In this document: piece after piece, positions 50,239-59,927 of the stretch
How positions within the stretch are numbered: position 1 is the first letter of the stretch
Layout: each line of letters opens with the position of its first letter
Assembly (NCBI GenBank): GCA_041657665.1
Contig: JBBABN010000001.1
Coordinates: forward strand, 2,355 to 66,354
DNA length: 64,000 nucleotides
Source: Minisyncoccota bacterium
GTDB lineage: Bacteria; Patescibacteriota; Minisyncoccia; Phycocordibacterales; Phycocordibacteraceae
Direction of reading: 5' to 3'
The notes under the pieces: generated by a model
What the model saw: only the letters and a program-made list of their open reading frames with translations
Database searches by the model: none
What the model was told of the DNA's origin: nothing
Made by a program: the position numbers and the translations under genes

Positions 50239-51458
50239 AAAAAATATTCTTTATATCAGTTTTCTTTCTCTTCTTTGGTTTAGCGCCGCATGTCTTTGCC
50301 GCATGTTCTGACTATTCCAATTTCACTCCAATACAGAGGACAACGGGTCAAGGATGTGTAGAAATACTTGGTCCTGGATGGGTAATTGTTGATACCACCT
50401 GCTTGGGGACTGCTCTGCCAAGCGACAAAAATACTGTTTGTGGTTCAACAGCTCAAGCAGCACCAGCAAACCCAACACCGAATAGTCCTACCGGGCAAAC
50501 TCAACCATCAGCAACTCCGACAGGCAATAATAATGCTTCGCAAGGATTTACAGCACTCGCGCCTATTCCTGGACTTACTGACACAAACGGCGCAGTCGTG
50601 AATTCAAAATCGCTCTCAGATTTTTTTAATAATCTCTATAAATATCTTATCGGCATCGCCGCAATACTTGCAGTTATCCAGATTATTCGTGCAGGTTTTG
50701 ATATTGCGACAAACAAAGATAATGTCAGTGTCCTTATGAGTAGTAAAAGTAAAATTTCACAAGCAATTTATGGTCTCGTACTCGTCCTCTCGCCCGTGCT
50801 TGTTTTCTCCATCATCAATCCGAGCATTTTGAATCTTTCACTTAATCTTCCCCCACTTAATACAGCGCCAGAGACACAGGTTGGGAACGGAGGTAATAGC
50901 ACAGGAGTCACTGCAACTGATACTACAACTGGATGCACAACAAGTGGCACAAACGGTATTCTCCAAATTGCAACATGTCCTTCTAATGATGCTGTTGAGA
51001 AGGAAATTGACCGTTGCGGTAGTAATTCTGGAAAGATTTCTATAATTTCTAAAAATAGCCTAACGAATGGAACAATTGTTTCTGCAATGCTTATGTGCAA
51101 ATGGTCAAATAAGTATGTATTTATAGATACAAGAGATCAGGGAATCATCGGGTGGCTCACCTCACAATTTAATACAATCAATGATATTCAGCCGTTAGCT
51201 ATTACGACTGATAATCCTAACAATGGCAATTCTGCAATTCAATTTATGGAAACCTGTTCAAATTCTGGATTATCAACATGTATTAGTGCTACTGCTTTCA
51301 CTAATCCTGTAGATTGTACACCGACACCCAAAACACCTTTGCCTGGCAAAGCTAGAAAATGTGGTAATTTAACCTTGACTTGCCGAGATTATGGGACGAT
51401 ACATACTTTTGTAGGTAGTTTGTGTTCTAAAAGTCCTAGTTGGACGCCATTTCAATAA
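50235..51458 (+). CDS. Cys-rich secreted protein with TrbC/VirB2-like pilin segment
   Basis: Signal peptide; IAAILAVIQIIRAG...KSKISQAIYGL...IINP. Confidence 0.7.
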   Translation: MKKIFFISVFFLFFGLAPHVFAACSDYSNFTPIQRTTGQGCVEILGPGWVIVDTTCLGTALPSDKNTVCGSTAQAAPANPTPNSPTGQTQPSATPTGNNNASQGFTALAPIPGLTDTNGAVVNSKSLSDFFNNLYKYLIGIAAILAVIQIIRAGFDIATNKDNVSVLMSSKSKISQAIYGLVLVLSPVLVFSIINPSILNLSLNLPPLNTAPETQVGNGGNSTGVTATDTTTGCTTSGTNGILQIATCPSNDAVEKEIDRCGSNSGKISIISKNSLTNGTIVSAMLMCKWSNKYVFIDTRDQGIIGWLTSQFNTINDIQPLAITTDNPNNGNSAIQFMETCSNSGLSTCISATAFTNPVDCTPTPKTPLPGKARKCGNLTLTCRDYGTIHTFVGSLCSKSPSWTPFQ

Positions 51459-51460
51459 TT

Positions 51461-52654
51461 ATGCGCCGACTACTTATTACCTTCATAACGCTCCTCGCCC
51501 TCATTGGAATCGGGGTAGCTGTCTATTTCTATTTCTTCGCCAATCAGGCCAGTGTTGTCGTTGCGCCAACGAATACATCATTACCCACAGCCGGACAAAC
51601 TGTTTTCCCTTTAGAACCAGCAAATCTAGCGACCACAACCGATAAGACGACTCTCGTCGCTGCACGACTCATACAAATAAGCACAGGACCTGTTGTACCT
51701 GGGGAAGCAGTAGTTGCTATACCAGCTGCAAATGCTAGTTCATCATTAGAAATTGCGGTGAATTATATCGAGCGTCAGAGTGGAAATGTTTTTTCCTATC
51801 AGACACGTACTGGAACGCTTATACGAACGAACAATAAGACCGTCCCAGGCATTCAGTCAGCCGAATGGCTTCCCGATGCTTCATTCGCCTTTGTTCAGTA
51901 TCTATCTGGTACTGATTTTTCTACTATTAACACTTACGCGCTCCCAGCAAGCTCGAACAACACAGGAGGATTCTTTTTACCTCAAAACCTTACTGATGTA
52001 GCTGTTTCTTCAACAAGCGTGCTCATGCTTGCTTCTGGTGTAAATGGTTCGGCAGCTTCAGTTGCGCACACAGACGGCACACATGTATCTGAAGCATTCA
52101 CGACACCTCTTTCTTCACTTCGTGTTTCTTTTGCGGGAAAAAATTATCTCGCATTTACGAAGCCGTCAGCGACACTCGCGGGTAATGCATTCATAGTTAC
52201 CAAAGGACACTTCTCTCGTATTGCAGGGCCATTATATGGCCTTATGGCCCTTTCTAGCCCGTCAGGGAAGTGGGTAGTAGTGAGTTACACGCAAGACACA
52301 GCAATCCAGATGGAGCTTGTGAACACAGAGACAAACGAAGCTATTCAACTTCCGGTTGCTACCATTGCTGATAAATGTGTGTGGGCAGCTGATGATTCAG
52401 CTTTCTATTGCGGTATTCCTGTCAGCCCAGCGAGTGGTTATGCATACCCAGATGATTGGTACCAAGGGGCGGTACATTTCTCTGATCGTATATGGAAAAT
52501 AGATGTGGTGGACCGCCAAGCACAGCTGGTGCTCGATTTCCCGAAAGAAACAAAAGGTTCACTTGATGCAATCGCACTCGCTATTGACCCTCTTGCTACC
52601 ACACTGGCATTTATTAATAAAAACGATGGTTCACTCTGGAGCTACTCACTCTAA
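51461..52654 (+). CDS. Membrane-anchored beta-propeller-like protein
   Basis: N-terminal TM; ADKCVW, PDDWYQG, NKNDGSLW. Confidence 0.65.
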   Translation: MRRLLITFITLLALIGIGVAVYFYFFANQASVVVAPTNTSLPTAGQTVFPLEPANLATTTDKTTLVAARLIQISTGPVVPGEAVVAIPAANASSSLEIAVNYIERQSGNVFSYQTRTGTLIRTNNKTVPGIQSAEWLPDASFAFVQYLSGTDFSTINTYALPASSNNTGGFFLPQNLTDVAVSSTSVLMLASGVNGSAASVAHTDGTHVSEAFTTPLSSLRVSFAGKNYLAFTKPSATLAGNAFIVTKGHFSRIAGPLYGLMALSSPSGKWVVVSYTQDTAIQMELVNTETNEAIQLPVATIADKCVWAADDSAFYCGIPVSPASGYAYPDDWYQGAVHFSDRIWKIDVVDRQAQLVLDFPKETKGSLDAIALAIDPLATTLAFINKNDGSLWSYSL

Positions 52655-52664
52655 GCTGACCAAA

Positions 52665-53402
52665 TTAACTACTTGGTGCTGTTTCTTTATTAATAGTGCG
52701 GCGCACATGCCATTCTTGTACTGCTCCTGCGAGGTTGGTAGTGATGAAATAAAGTGCGATAGCGCCAGAAGTTGTGTAGGAGATAGTCGCAATAATAAAA
52801 GGAAAGACATACTTTAATTGCATTCCCATCACTCTTTGGAAGTCGTTCTGCATTCCTTTGGAATCTGATGGCTTCATAGTTCCTGAAAGCGCTAAGTGTG
52901 CCTGAAGAAATTGCGAGAGGCCAGCGAGCACTGCGAGCACCGAGCTCTTCCCAGCAACTGAGATAATGCCGAGGAACTGAAGCGAAATAGCATGGGGAAT
53001 TGGGGTAAATGCGTACAATCGTGCGGTATTAATAGCAGAGAACGGCTCATAGAAGAAAACCCAGTAGAGCGCAAGAAGAACCGGAATTTGAATAAAAACA
53101 GTGAGAATACTCGAAAATGGATTTACTTTTTCTTCTCGATACAAAGCAAGAGTTTCAAGTGCTTCTTTCTCTTTATCACCTTTATGTTTTTCTTTTAATT
53201 CTTTAATCTTTGGCTCAAGAAGCTTCATCGCACGTTGAGTACGAGCAGCCGAGAGAGAGAAGGGGAGAAGTATCAATCGAATAATGATAGTGACGAGAAT
53301 AACAGCAATACCTACATCTGATCCAGGAACAACCGCTACCAATGCAACGAGAGCATTATAAATTGGATTATAGAAGACGGTGTGAAAAAAAGCAGAGATC
53401 AC
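52665..53402 (-). CDS. yidC: Membrane protein insertase YidC/Oxa1
   Basis: IIRLILLP, IQIPVLLALY, ALYF; follows rnpA. Confidence 0.93.
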   Translation of the reverse strand: MISAFFHTVFYNPIYNALVALVAVVPGSDVGIAVILVTIIIRLILLPFSLSAARTQRAMKLLEPKIKELKEKHKGDKEKEALETLALYREEKVNPFSSILTVFIQIPVLLALYWVFFYEPFSAINTARLYAFTPIPHAISLQFLGIISVAGKSSVLAVLAGLSQFLQAHLALSGTMKPSDSKGMQNDFQRVMGMQLKYVFPFIIATISYTTSGAIALYFITTNLAGAVQEWHVRRTINKETAPSS

Positions 53403-53416
53403 AAATGTATTGTAGG

Positions 53417-53734
53417 TTATGAATAAATTTTTGAAAGAAGATCTATAATTTCTGTCTTTATATCTTGATAGCTTACACTACTTACTGAAGATTTTGGAAA
53501 AACAATAAGAGCAGGGGGTAGAGAGACTAAATCTCCACGAAGTGCTGAAAAAATTCTGCGTTTTATTTTATGTCTTTCCACCGCAAGATTGGCAACTTTC
53601 TTCGGTACTACGACAGCATATCCTTCTCCATCCCTCGGAATAATAACTGAGAGGTGTGGGGATAAAAACCTCTTTCCTGTCTTAAGAGCAGCAGGGAAAA
53701 GGGCTCGTGGAAACCGTTTTTTACTCGGAAACAC
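53417..53734 (-). CDS. rnpA: Ribonuclease P protein component
   Basis: KKVANLAVERHKIKRR; synteny. Confidence 0.88.
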   Translation of the reverse strand: MFPSKKRFPRALFPAALKTGKRFLSPHLSVIIPRDGEGYAVVVPKKVANLAVERHKIKRRIFSALRGDLVSLPPALIVFPKSSVSSVSYQDIKTEIIDLLSKIYS

Positions 53735-53741
53735 GGATAAA

Positions 53742-53879
53742 TTAGACCGTGAGACGCGCGCGCCCGCTTCGGCGGCGTTTTTGCACTATTTTTCTACCTG
53801 CGGAGGTACTGGTTCGTGCAAGAAATCCGTGTGTTTTTGCGCGTTTACCCTTCTTTGGCTGATAGGTCTGTTTTGGCAT
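53742..53879 (-). CDS. rpmH: 50S ribosomal protein L34
   Basis: Manual translation MPKQTYQPKKGKRAKTHGFLAR...RRRSGRARLTV. Confidence 0.95.
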   Translation of the reverse strand: MPKQTYQPKKGKRAKTHGFLARTSTSAGRKIVQKRRRSGRARLTV

Positions 53880-53980
53880 ACAATGAGGTGAAAATTAGGC
53901 TATAAGAGCATAGTAACAGGTTCTCCACAAAAAACTACTCTATCCTCCTTTTTTTATCGAGAGTATACTCCTTTTATACT

Positions 53981-55333
53981 ATGGACAAAGGAAACCTGAA
54001 AGAACTCTGGGAATACGTACTAACACAGGTTGAGCTTTCTATCTCTTCAGCAAATTTCAAAACATGGTTCTGTAGTAGTTTTATTGTAAAGATAGGGGAG
54101 GATGGAGTGGTATATATTGGTGTACCAAGCCAATTCTTTAAAGATTGGTATCTAAAGAAATTTCACACATTACTTTTGAAGATTATTCGTGATGTTTCGT
54201 ACGAATTTCGTAATATTGAATACATTATTGTGAAAGATGAACGACGCAAACCAACTAAAGAAACTAAAAATGTGAGTGGTGCTCTTGAGCTTCCTCTTGA
54301 TGAATTTTATATCAACAAAAGTGATAATTTAAATCCACGATACACCTTTGATACTTTTGTAATTGGTTCTTTTAATACCCTTGCGTATACAGCCGCACAA
54401 GCAGCATTAAGTCGCCCTGGTATCACGTATAACCCACTCTTTATTTATGGTGATACTGGGCGTGGAAAAACACACTTAATTCAAGCTATTGGTAATCAAT
54501 TTAAGAAACAATATCAAGGACGAAAAGTGTTTTATCTTACTTCAGAAAAATTTGCTATTGAGTATGTTGATTCGGTACAAGCAGGCTCTGCAAATCGTTT
54601 TAAAGATAAATATCGTCAATATGACCTTCTTATCATGGATGATGTGCAGTTCCTTTCTAAAAAAGATAAGACTCAAGAGGAACTTTTCCACCTTTTTAAT
54701 GCTCTACACGACACTAATAAACAAATTATTTTCTCTTCTGATCGGTCACCTGCCTCTATTCCTGATATTGCCGAACGTCTAAAAGGACGTTTATCGAGCG
54801 GTATGGCAGTTGATATTGGAGAGCCCGATCCAGAATCACGTATGGCTATTGTTCGTAAAAAAGCTGCTCTACATGGTTTTATCCTCTCAGATGAAGTTAT
54901 TGAGTATGTTGCCACTTCTTTAACTGGTTCAATACGCGAACTTGAGGGAATGATAAACAGTATTATTTGTAATGCTCAAGCAAAAGGATGTGCTCCTGAT
55001 ATTGCTGAAGTTCGCCAATCACTTCGTTCATTCACTCGGCCTCAGAAAAATATATCTGTTAAGAATGTGGTTGATAAAGTTGCTGAATTTTATGGTATTG
55101 ATGAAGATAGTATTTATGAAAAAACACGGAGAAGGGAAGTGGTTCGTCCACGCCAAGTAATTATGTATCTTCTCCGAGAAGATTTTAATATTTCTTACCC
55201 AACTATTGGTACAAAACTTGGAGGAAGAGACCATACAACAGTTATTCATTCTTGTGAAAAGATAAAACGTGAAATAGCTGTGGATAACGATCTTATAAAG
55301 GAGATACAAACTATACGCACCCTTCTTACATGA
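53981..55333 (+). CDS. dnaA: Chromosomal replication initiator DnaA
   Basis: YNPLFIYG, GKTHL, DDVQF, GGRDHTTVIH. Confidence 0.98.
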   Translation: MDKGNLKELWEYVLTQVELSISSANFKTWFCSSFIVKIGEDGVVYIGVPSQFFKDWYLKKFHTLLLKIIRDVSYEFRNIEYIIVKDERRKPTKETKNVSGALELPLDEFYINKSDNLNPRYTFDTFVIGSFNTLAYTAAQAALSRPGITYNPLFIYGDTGRGKTHLIQAIGNQFKKQYQGRKVFYLTSEKFAIEYVDSVQAGSANRFKDKYRQYDLLIMDDVQFLSKKDKTQEELFHLFNALHDTNKQIIFSSDRSPASIPDIAERLKGRLSSGMAVDIGEPDPESRMAIVRKKAALHGFILSDEVIEYVATSLTGSIRELEGMINSIICNAQAKGCAPDIAEVRQSLRSFTRPQKNISVKNVVDKVAEFYGIDEDSIYEKTRRREVVRPRQVIMYLLREDFNISYPTIGTKLGGRDHTTVIHSCEKIKREIAVDNDLIKEIQTIRTLLT

Positions 55334-55440
55334 TGATTATGGATACTTTATCAACAAGTTATGTATATACTATTACAAATAATAATCAGGTATTACCTGA
55401 CTTAATTCATCTTCTCCACTTATCAACACCACTAATAAGA
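55279..55440. other. Probable oriC element (DnaA boxes)
   Basis: TGTGGATAA 55279-55287, TTATCAACA 55348-55356 and 55420-55428, AT-rich; TTCTCCACA at 53921 upstream of dnaA. Confidence 0.6.
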
Positions 55441-55445
55441 ATCAT

Positions 55446-56546
55446 ATGAATATTTCAATAGAAAAAAAATTATTCTCTGAAGCTGTGCATATCGTTTCAA
55501 AATTCGCTGAAAAGAAAAATACAACCCTTCCAGCACTCTCTTCAATTCTTATTATTGCAGGAGATGAGGGTATTAAAATGCGTGCAACCAACCTTGAGAC
55601 AGGTATAGATCTAAAAATAAAAGGAGAAGTAAAAAACGAAGGAGTGGTTGCAATACCAGCTATCCTCTTACAGCAAATAGCAGGATCACTTACGTATGGG
55701 GGAGATATAACTCTTGAGCATACTGGAGATATTATTACTCTATCGAGTGGCACAGGAAAAAGTTCTATTAAAACAGTCTCATATGATGATTTTCCTTCAA
55801 TTCCATTTCCTGAAAATCCCAAAAATAGAATTGTGATTTCAGGAGTTCTTCTTCGTACTCTTTTCACTTCTATCGCTTCTTGTGCCTCTTCTTCAACTAT
55901 TCGTCCAGAACTCGCAAGTATTTACTTGTCTATAGAAGGAGGAATATTAACTGCGGTTGCGACTGATTCATTCCGTCTCGCAGAGAAAAAAGTTCCACTT
56001 ATTAATAAGGGTATACAAGGAAAATTCCTTATACCTGCAAAAAACGCATTAGATATAGCACAAGCACTCCCTGATGAAGATATTATTATGTCGTTCGACG
56101 AGCATCAATGTGCGTTTGTAAGTACGTTTGGTATGTTGGTCTCACGATTAACAAATGCGGTCTATCCTGATTATCGCCAAATTATACCAAAAGAATCTAT
56201 TGTTGAAGCGGTGGTATTAAGAAAGGATTTTGAAACAGCAATAAAACAAACAACAATTTTCTCTGATTCTTTTCAGAAAGTGAATATAAGTTTCGATCCA
56301 AAGAAAAATACTATTGCGCTGTTTGCACGAAACACTGAAGTAGGGGAGTCGGTAGAAACACTTTCAGCTCAAGTTTCAGGAAATCCTCTCGATCTCTCAT
56401 TTAATTATCGATATCTTTCTGCTGTGCTCTCCTTAACAGGAGCTGAAAGTTTATCACTTCTTGCGGCTGGTATTGGTCGCCCACTTATTATAAAAGGCGT
56501 TGGTGATACTTCACTTCTCTATCTGGTCTCCCCAATGAATCAATAA
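55446..56546 (+). CDS. dnaN: DNA polymerase III beta clamp
   Basis: ATNLE, VATDSFRL, YPDYRQIIP. Confidence 0.96.
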   Translation: MNISIEKKLFSEAVHIVSKFAEKKNTTLPALSSILIIAGDEGIKMRATNLETGIDLKIKGEVKNEGVVAIPAILLQQIAGSLTYGGDITLEHTGDIITLSSGTGKSSIKTVSYDDFPSIPFPENPKNRIVISGVLLRTLFTSIASCASSSTIRPELASIYLSIEGGILTAVATDSFRLAEKKVPLINKGIQGKFLIPAKNALDIAQALPDEDIIMSFDEHQCAFVSTFGMLVSRLTNAVYPDYRQIIPKESIVEAVVLRKDFETAIKQTTIFSDSFQKVNISFDPKKNTIALFARNTEVGESVETLSAQVSGNPLDLSFNYRYLSAVLSLTGAESLSLLAAGIGRPLIIKGVGDTSLLYLVSPMNQ

Positions 56547-56560
56547 TTAGTTACTTTTAA

Positions 56561-58723
56561 CTATAATTGTTGTACTGGTGTGTTTTGGTAAAAGATAGGA
56601 ACAAAAATGGGAGGATTACTAAAAAGATTTGGATAAGAGTTATACCAAGCAGAAATACCATATTCCCAATAAGCAAATTGAGGATCTTGAGAAGGATTTA
56701 CTGATGGAGGCCCTTTAGGATTACTTTTATTAGTCCAGTAGAGCAAGCTGTGCGGAACGATAGTTCCTTGTGCGTCTGGTACAATCCAATTCCCTTGTAA
56801 CATTGGCGGTACAGAAGACAGGATTGGACTTGGTTCGCCAAAATAGGTCTTTGGATACTTTGAGAGGGCATATGCCATAACATCGTGCCACATCGGCGCA
56901 GCGATAAATCCAGCGACAGATTTTACCATTGGAGTGTTGTCGTTATTGCCAGCCCATACTCCAATTGCGATAGATGGAGAATAGCCAACCACCCAAGCGT
57001 CTCGTGTGTCGTTGGTTGTACCAGTCTTAACTGCAACATCGTACCCTTTGAAGGATAGTGGAGAATCAAGTGCATATTCTGGGAGGCGTGCAGGAGCATC
57101 TGAAAGCATTCCTGATATATCATGGGCTATATTTGCAGGTAGTACTGTTGAAGATTGTGGGGTGAATTTTTCAAGTACATTTCCTTGGGCGTCATCTACT
57201 TCAAGAATACCTGTTGGTGTATTTTTAACGCCATCATTTCCAAAAGCAGCGTAGGCTCCCACCAGATCAAGAAGACGAACTTCACCACCTCCGAGCACAA
57301 GTGTGAGTCCATATTGACCCGCATCACCAAGGGTGGTGAGTCCAAATGATTTGGCTAAATTGACTGCATTTTGTATACCAACTAAATAAAGAGCTTTAAT
57401 AGCAGGAATGTTTATTGATTGTGCAAGTGCAGTTTCAAAGGTCATCGGGCCACGGAATTTTCCATCATAATCAGAAGGAGAATAACAAGGAGGAGTATTG
57501 TTTGTCGTATCAGAAGGTCTACATGCAGTAGAGAATTGTGTAGGAACATCAAAGACGACAGTATTGCGCGTATAACCATTTAAAAGTGCGAGAGAATAAA
57601 TAAATGGCTTCATGGCAGAACCTGGTTGTCGGAGAGCGAGGGTGGCATTATATTGGCCGTCGATAGTCGTATCAAAGAAGTCGCGTGAACCAACCATAGC
57701 GAGGATTTGGCCAGTAGGAGGATCAATAGCGATAAGTGCAGAATTTGATGCTTTAAAATTCTTTTGATTTTGTGGTGCGTAGGTATTTAAAATTGATTCC
57801 GCTTTTGCTTCGAGATCAGCGTCAAGGGTTGTGGTTACTTTAAGTCCAGATACAAGAGCTTTCGATCCGTACGTATTTTCAAGTTGATTTAATATGTAAA
57901 AGACAAAATGTGGTGCCAAAATAGAATTCTGGCCTGAAGAAGAGAAAGATACTTTTTCAGCTTTAGATGAAGTAAAAGTATTCTCATCTATAAAGCCGAG
58001 TGAGTACATTCGTTCAAGCACAACATTTTTACGCGTATCCAGTTCAGCACGATGAGCTCCATAAGGAGAATAGAAACTTGGTGCCTGAATCATTGCTGCG
58101 AGATAAGCTGATTCTGCAGGCGAGAGATCTTTTGCTGGAATACCGAAATAGGTTTCTGAAGCTGCTTCAATACCATAGAGAGTTCCTCCGTAGGGAATGT
58201 TGTTGAGATAGGTCTCGAGAATTTGATCTTTTGAATAGGACTCCTCAAGTTTCAAAGAAAGTGCCCACTCATTTATTTTTCGCACAACACTTTTCTGATT
58301 GGTAAGTAATGTGTTTTTTACTACCTGTTGAGTGATAGTAGAACCTCCTTGAGAAAAGGAACCACCAAATACATCAATAAGTACTGCACGAAGAATTGAA
58401 GTAAAACGAATACCACCATGTTCGTAAAAACTAGAATCCTCGATCGCTATCGTTGCTTGTATTGCATTGGGTGATATGGCAGTAAGCGGAATAATTTCTC
58501 GTTTTGCATCGCGGTTGTAATCATACAGAAGAACTTGGCCAGTCCGGTCGTAAATCTTCGTTGATTGATTTATTTGTCGAGCAGCAAATGACCCAATATC
58601 AGGCACAGGAGTTATCGTAACAGCAGCCAAAATACCGCCAGCAACAAAAAACCCTAAACCAAGGATGATCAGGATTACTATAAGAACCGTATGTTTCCAC
58701 GGAGCACTCTTTCGAGCATTCAT
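56561..58723 (-). CDS. Class A penicillin-binding protein (PBP1A)
   Basis: EDSSFYEHGG, GGSTITQQ, QPGSAMKP, SIN, KTGT. Confidence 0.93.
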   Translation of the reverse strand: MNARKSAPWKHTVLIVILIILGLGFFVAGGILAAVTITPVPDIGSFAARQINQSTKIYDRTGQVLLYDYNRDAKREIIPLTAISPNAIQATIAIEDSSFYEHGGIRFTSILRAVLIDVFGGSFSQGGSTITQQVVKNTLLTNQKSVVRKINEWALSLKLEESYSKDQILETYLNNIPYGGTLYGIEAASETYFGIPAKDLSPAESAYLAAMIQAPSFYSPYGAHRAELDTRKNVVLERMYSLGFIDENTFTSSKAEKVSFSSSGQNSILAPHFVFYILNQLENTYGSKALVSGLKVTTTLDADLEAKAESILNTYAPQNQKNFKASNSALIAIDPPTGQILAMVGSRDFFDTTIDGQYNATLALRQPGSAMKPFIYSLALLNGYTRNTVVFDVPTQFSTACRPSDTTNNTPPCYSPSDYDGKFRGPMTFETALAQSINIPAIKALYLVGIQNAVNLAKSFGLTTLGDAGQYGLTLVLGGGEVRLLDLVGAYAAFGNDGVKNTPTGILEVDDAQGNVLEKFTPQSSTVLPANIAHDISGMLSDAPARLPEYALDSPLSFKGYDVAVKTGTTNDTRDAWVVGYSPSIAIGVWAGNNDNTPMVKSVAGFIAAPMWHDVMAYALSKYPKTYFGEPSPILSSVPPMLQGNWIVPDAQGTIVPHSLLYWTNKSNPKGPPSVNPSQDPQFAYWEYGISAWYNSYPNLFSNPPIFVPIFYQNTPVQQL

Positions 58724-58762
58724 AGCTCGTATGCTACCACACGAATTTAGTGTGTGTAGGAA

Positions 58763-58855
58763 TTAAAATTCTTCAACCTCCTCCTCTTCTTCAGTATTTT
58801 CATCCTCTAGAATCTCTACCTCTCCGTCTTCATCATCATTATTATCGTAATTCAT
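58763..58855 (-). CDS. Putative 30-aa hyperacidic micropeptide
   Basis: MNYDNNDDEDGEVEILEDENTEEEEEVEEF. Confidence 0.5.
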   Translation of the reverse strand: MNYDNNDDEDGEVEILEDENTEEEEEVEEF

Positions 58856-58913
58856 ATGGATATATGTAACAAATTTTTTTATCTATGCAAGTACTCCTAA
58901 AATAAGGTGTGGA

Positions 58914-59390
58914 TTAGTGGTGGTGGAACCCAATCGCGAGAGCTGTGATGCCAACTGCAATAGCATCTAATTCATCATCTAATCGTTTCTTTTCTGGAAG
59001 TGTAAGGAGTTGTGGAATCATATTCGCGATAGCTGATTTCTGTGCGCCACCGTATCCAGTAACAGCAATTTTTACCTGCTGAGGAGAGCATTCTATAACT
59101 GGTAGGGAAGCATTACCAGCCACTGCAAGAATAGCTCCTCTCGCTTCGGCGACACCAAGTGCTGTTTTTTTATTCACACTAAAAAATAGTGTTTCGATAG
59201 CGAGCATATCAGGTATATATTCTTTCACTGCTTTTGTGACTGCATTAGCAATATAAGCAAGACGTTGTTCTGTAGGCCCTTTTTCAGGAAGAATACAATC
59301 ACTCCAAAGTAGTGTTGGTCGTGAAGAATCGCCTTCAATAATAGCGATACCCATTCGGTCATATCCGGGGTCAATCGCTAGAATTCTCAT
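58914..59390 (-). CDS. ruvC: Holliday junction resolvase RuvC
   Basis: ILAIDPG, AIETLFF, AEARG, DDELDAIA. Confidence 0.95.
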   Translation of the reverse strand: MRILAIDPGYDRMGIAIIEGDSSRPTLLWSDCILPEKGPTEQRLAYIANAVTKAVKEYIPDMLAIETLFFSVNKKTALGVAEARGAILAVAGNASLPVIECSPQQVKIAVTGYGGAQKSAIANMIPQLLTLPEKKRLDDELDAIAVGITALAIGFHHH

Positions 59391-59925
59391 AGCCACGTGC
59401 GTTCGTAAATATTTCTTGTACATCCTCATGTTCATCAAGTGCTTCAAGGATGACAGTAAGACGTTCTTCGTCATTCTCAGAAAGTTCGACTAAAGGTTCA
59501 TGTGGTGTGCAGGACCCTCCTGTCTTAGAAAATGCCCAACTCGCGGCGCCAGGAGCTGAGAGTTCCATTCCTTGGAGGGAGAAGAGGTGTTTTATTTCTT
59601 GTGTAGTACGGTTTTTATTATCAGTGAGTGCGTCGACAAGAATAGCAACACCGCCTGGACCGTATGCTTCGTACACTATTTGTTCTAGAGAACTAGAATC
59701 CTTCGAGGTACCTTTCGCGATTGCTCGTTCAATATTGTCCTTAGGCATATTCGCAGCTTTGGCGCGCGTAATAGCGACTGAAAGTCCAGGTGCCGAAAGA
59801 ACTCCGTTCGCTTTCTTCGATTCAAGAGTGATAAGGCGTGCGTAACGAGAAAATACACGACTTTTTGCTGTGTCGGTCACTGATTTTTGCCGTTTAATCT
59901 GAGACCATTTGCTGTGTCCGGACAT
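59371..59925 (-). CDS. YebC/PmpR family protein (shortened)
   Basis: MSGHSKW, NMPKDNIERAI, YEAYGPGG, TDNKNRT. Confidence 0.93.
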   Translation of the reverse strand: MSGHSKWSQIKRQKSVTDTAKSRVFSRYARLITLESKKANGVLSAPGLSVAITRAKAANMPKDNIERAIAKGTSKDSSSLEQIVYEAYGPGGVAILVDALTDNKNRTTQEIKHLFSLQGMELSAPGAASWAFSKTGGSCTPHEPLVELSENDEERLTVILEALDEHEDVQEIFTNARGYENSSD

Positions 59926-59927
59926 GG

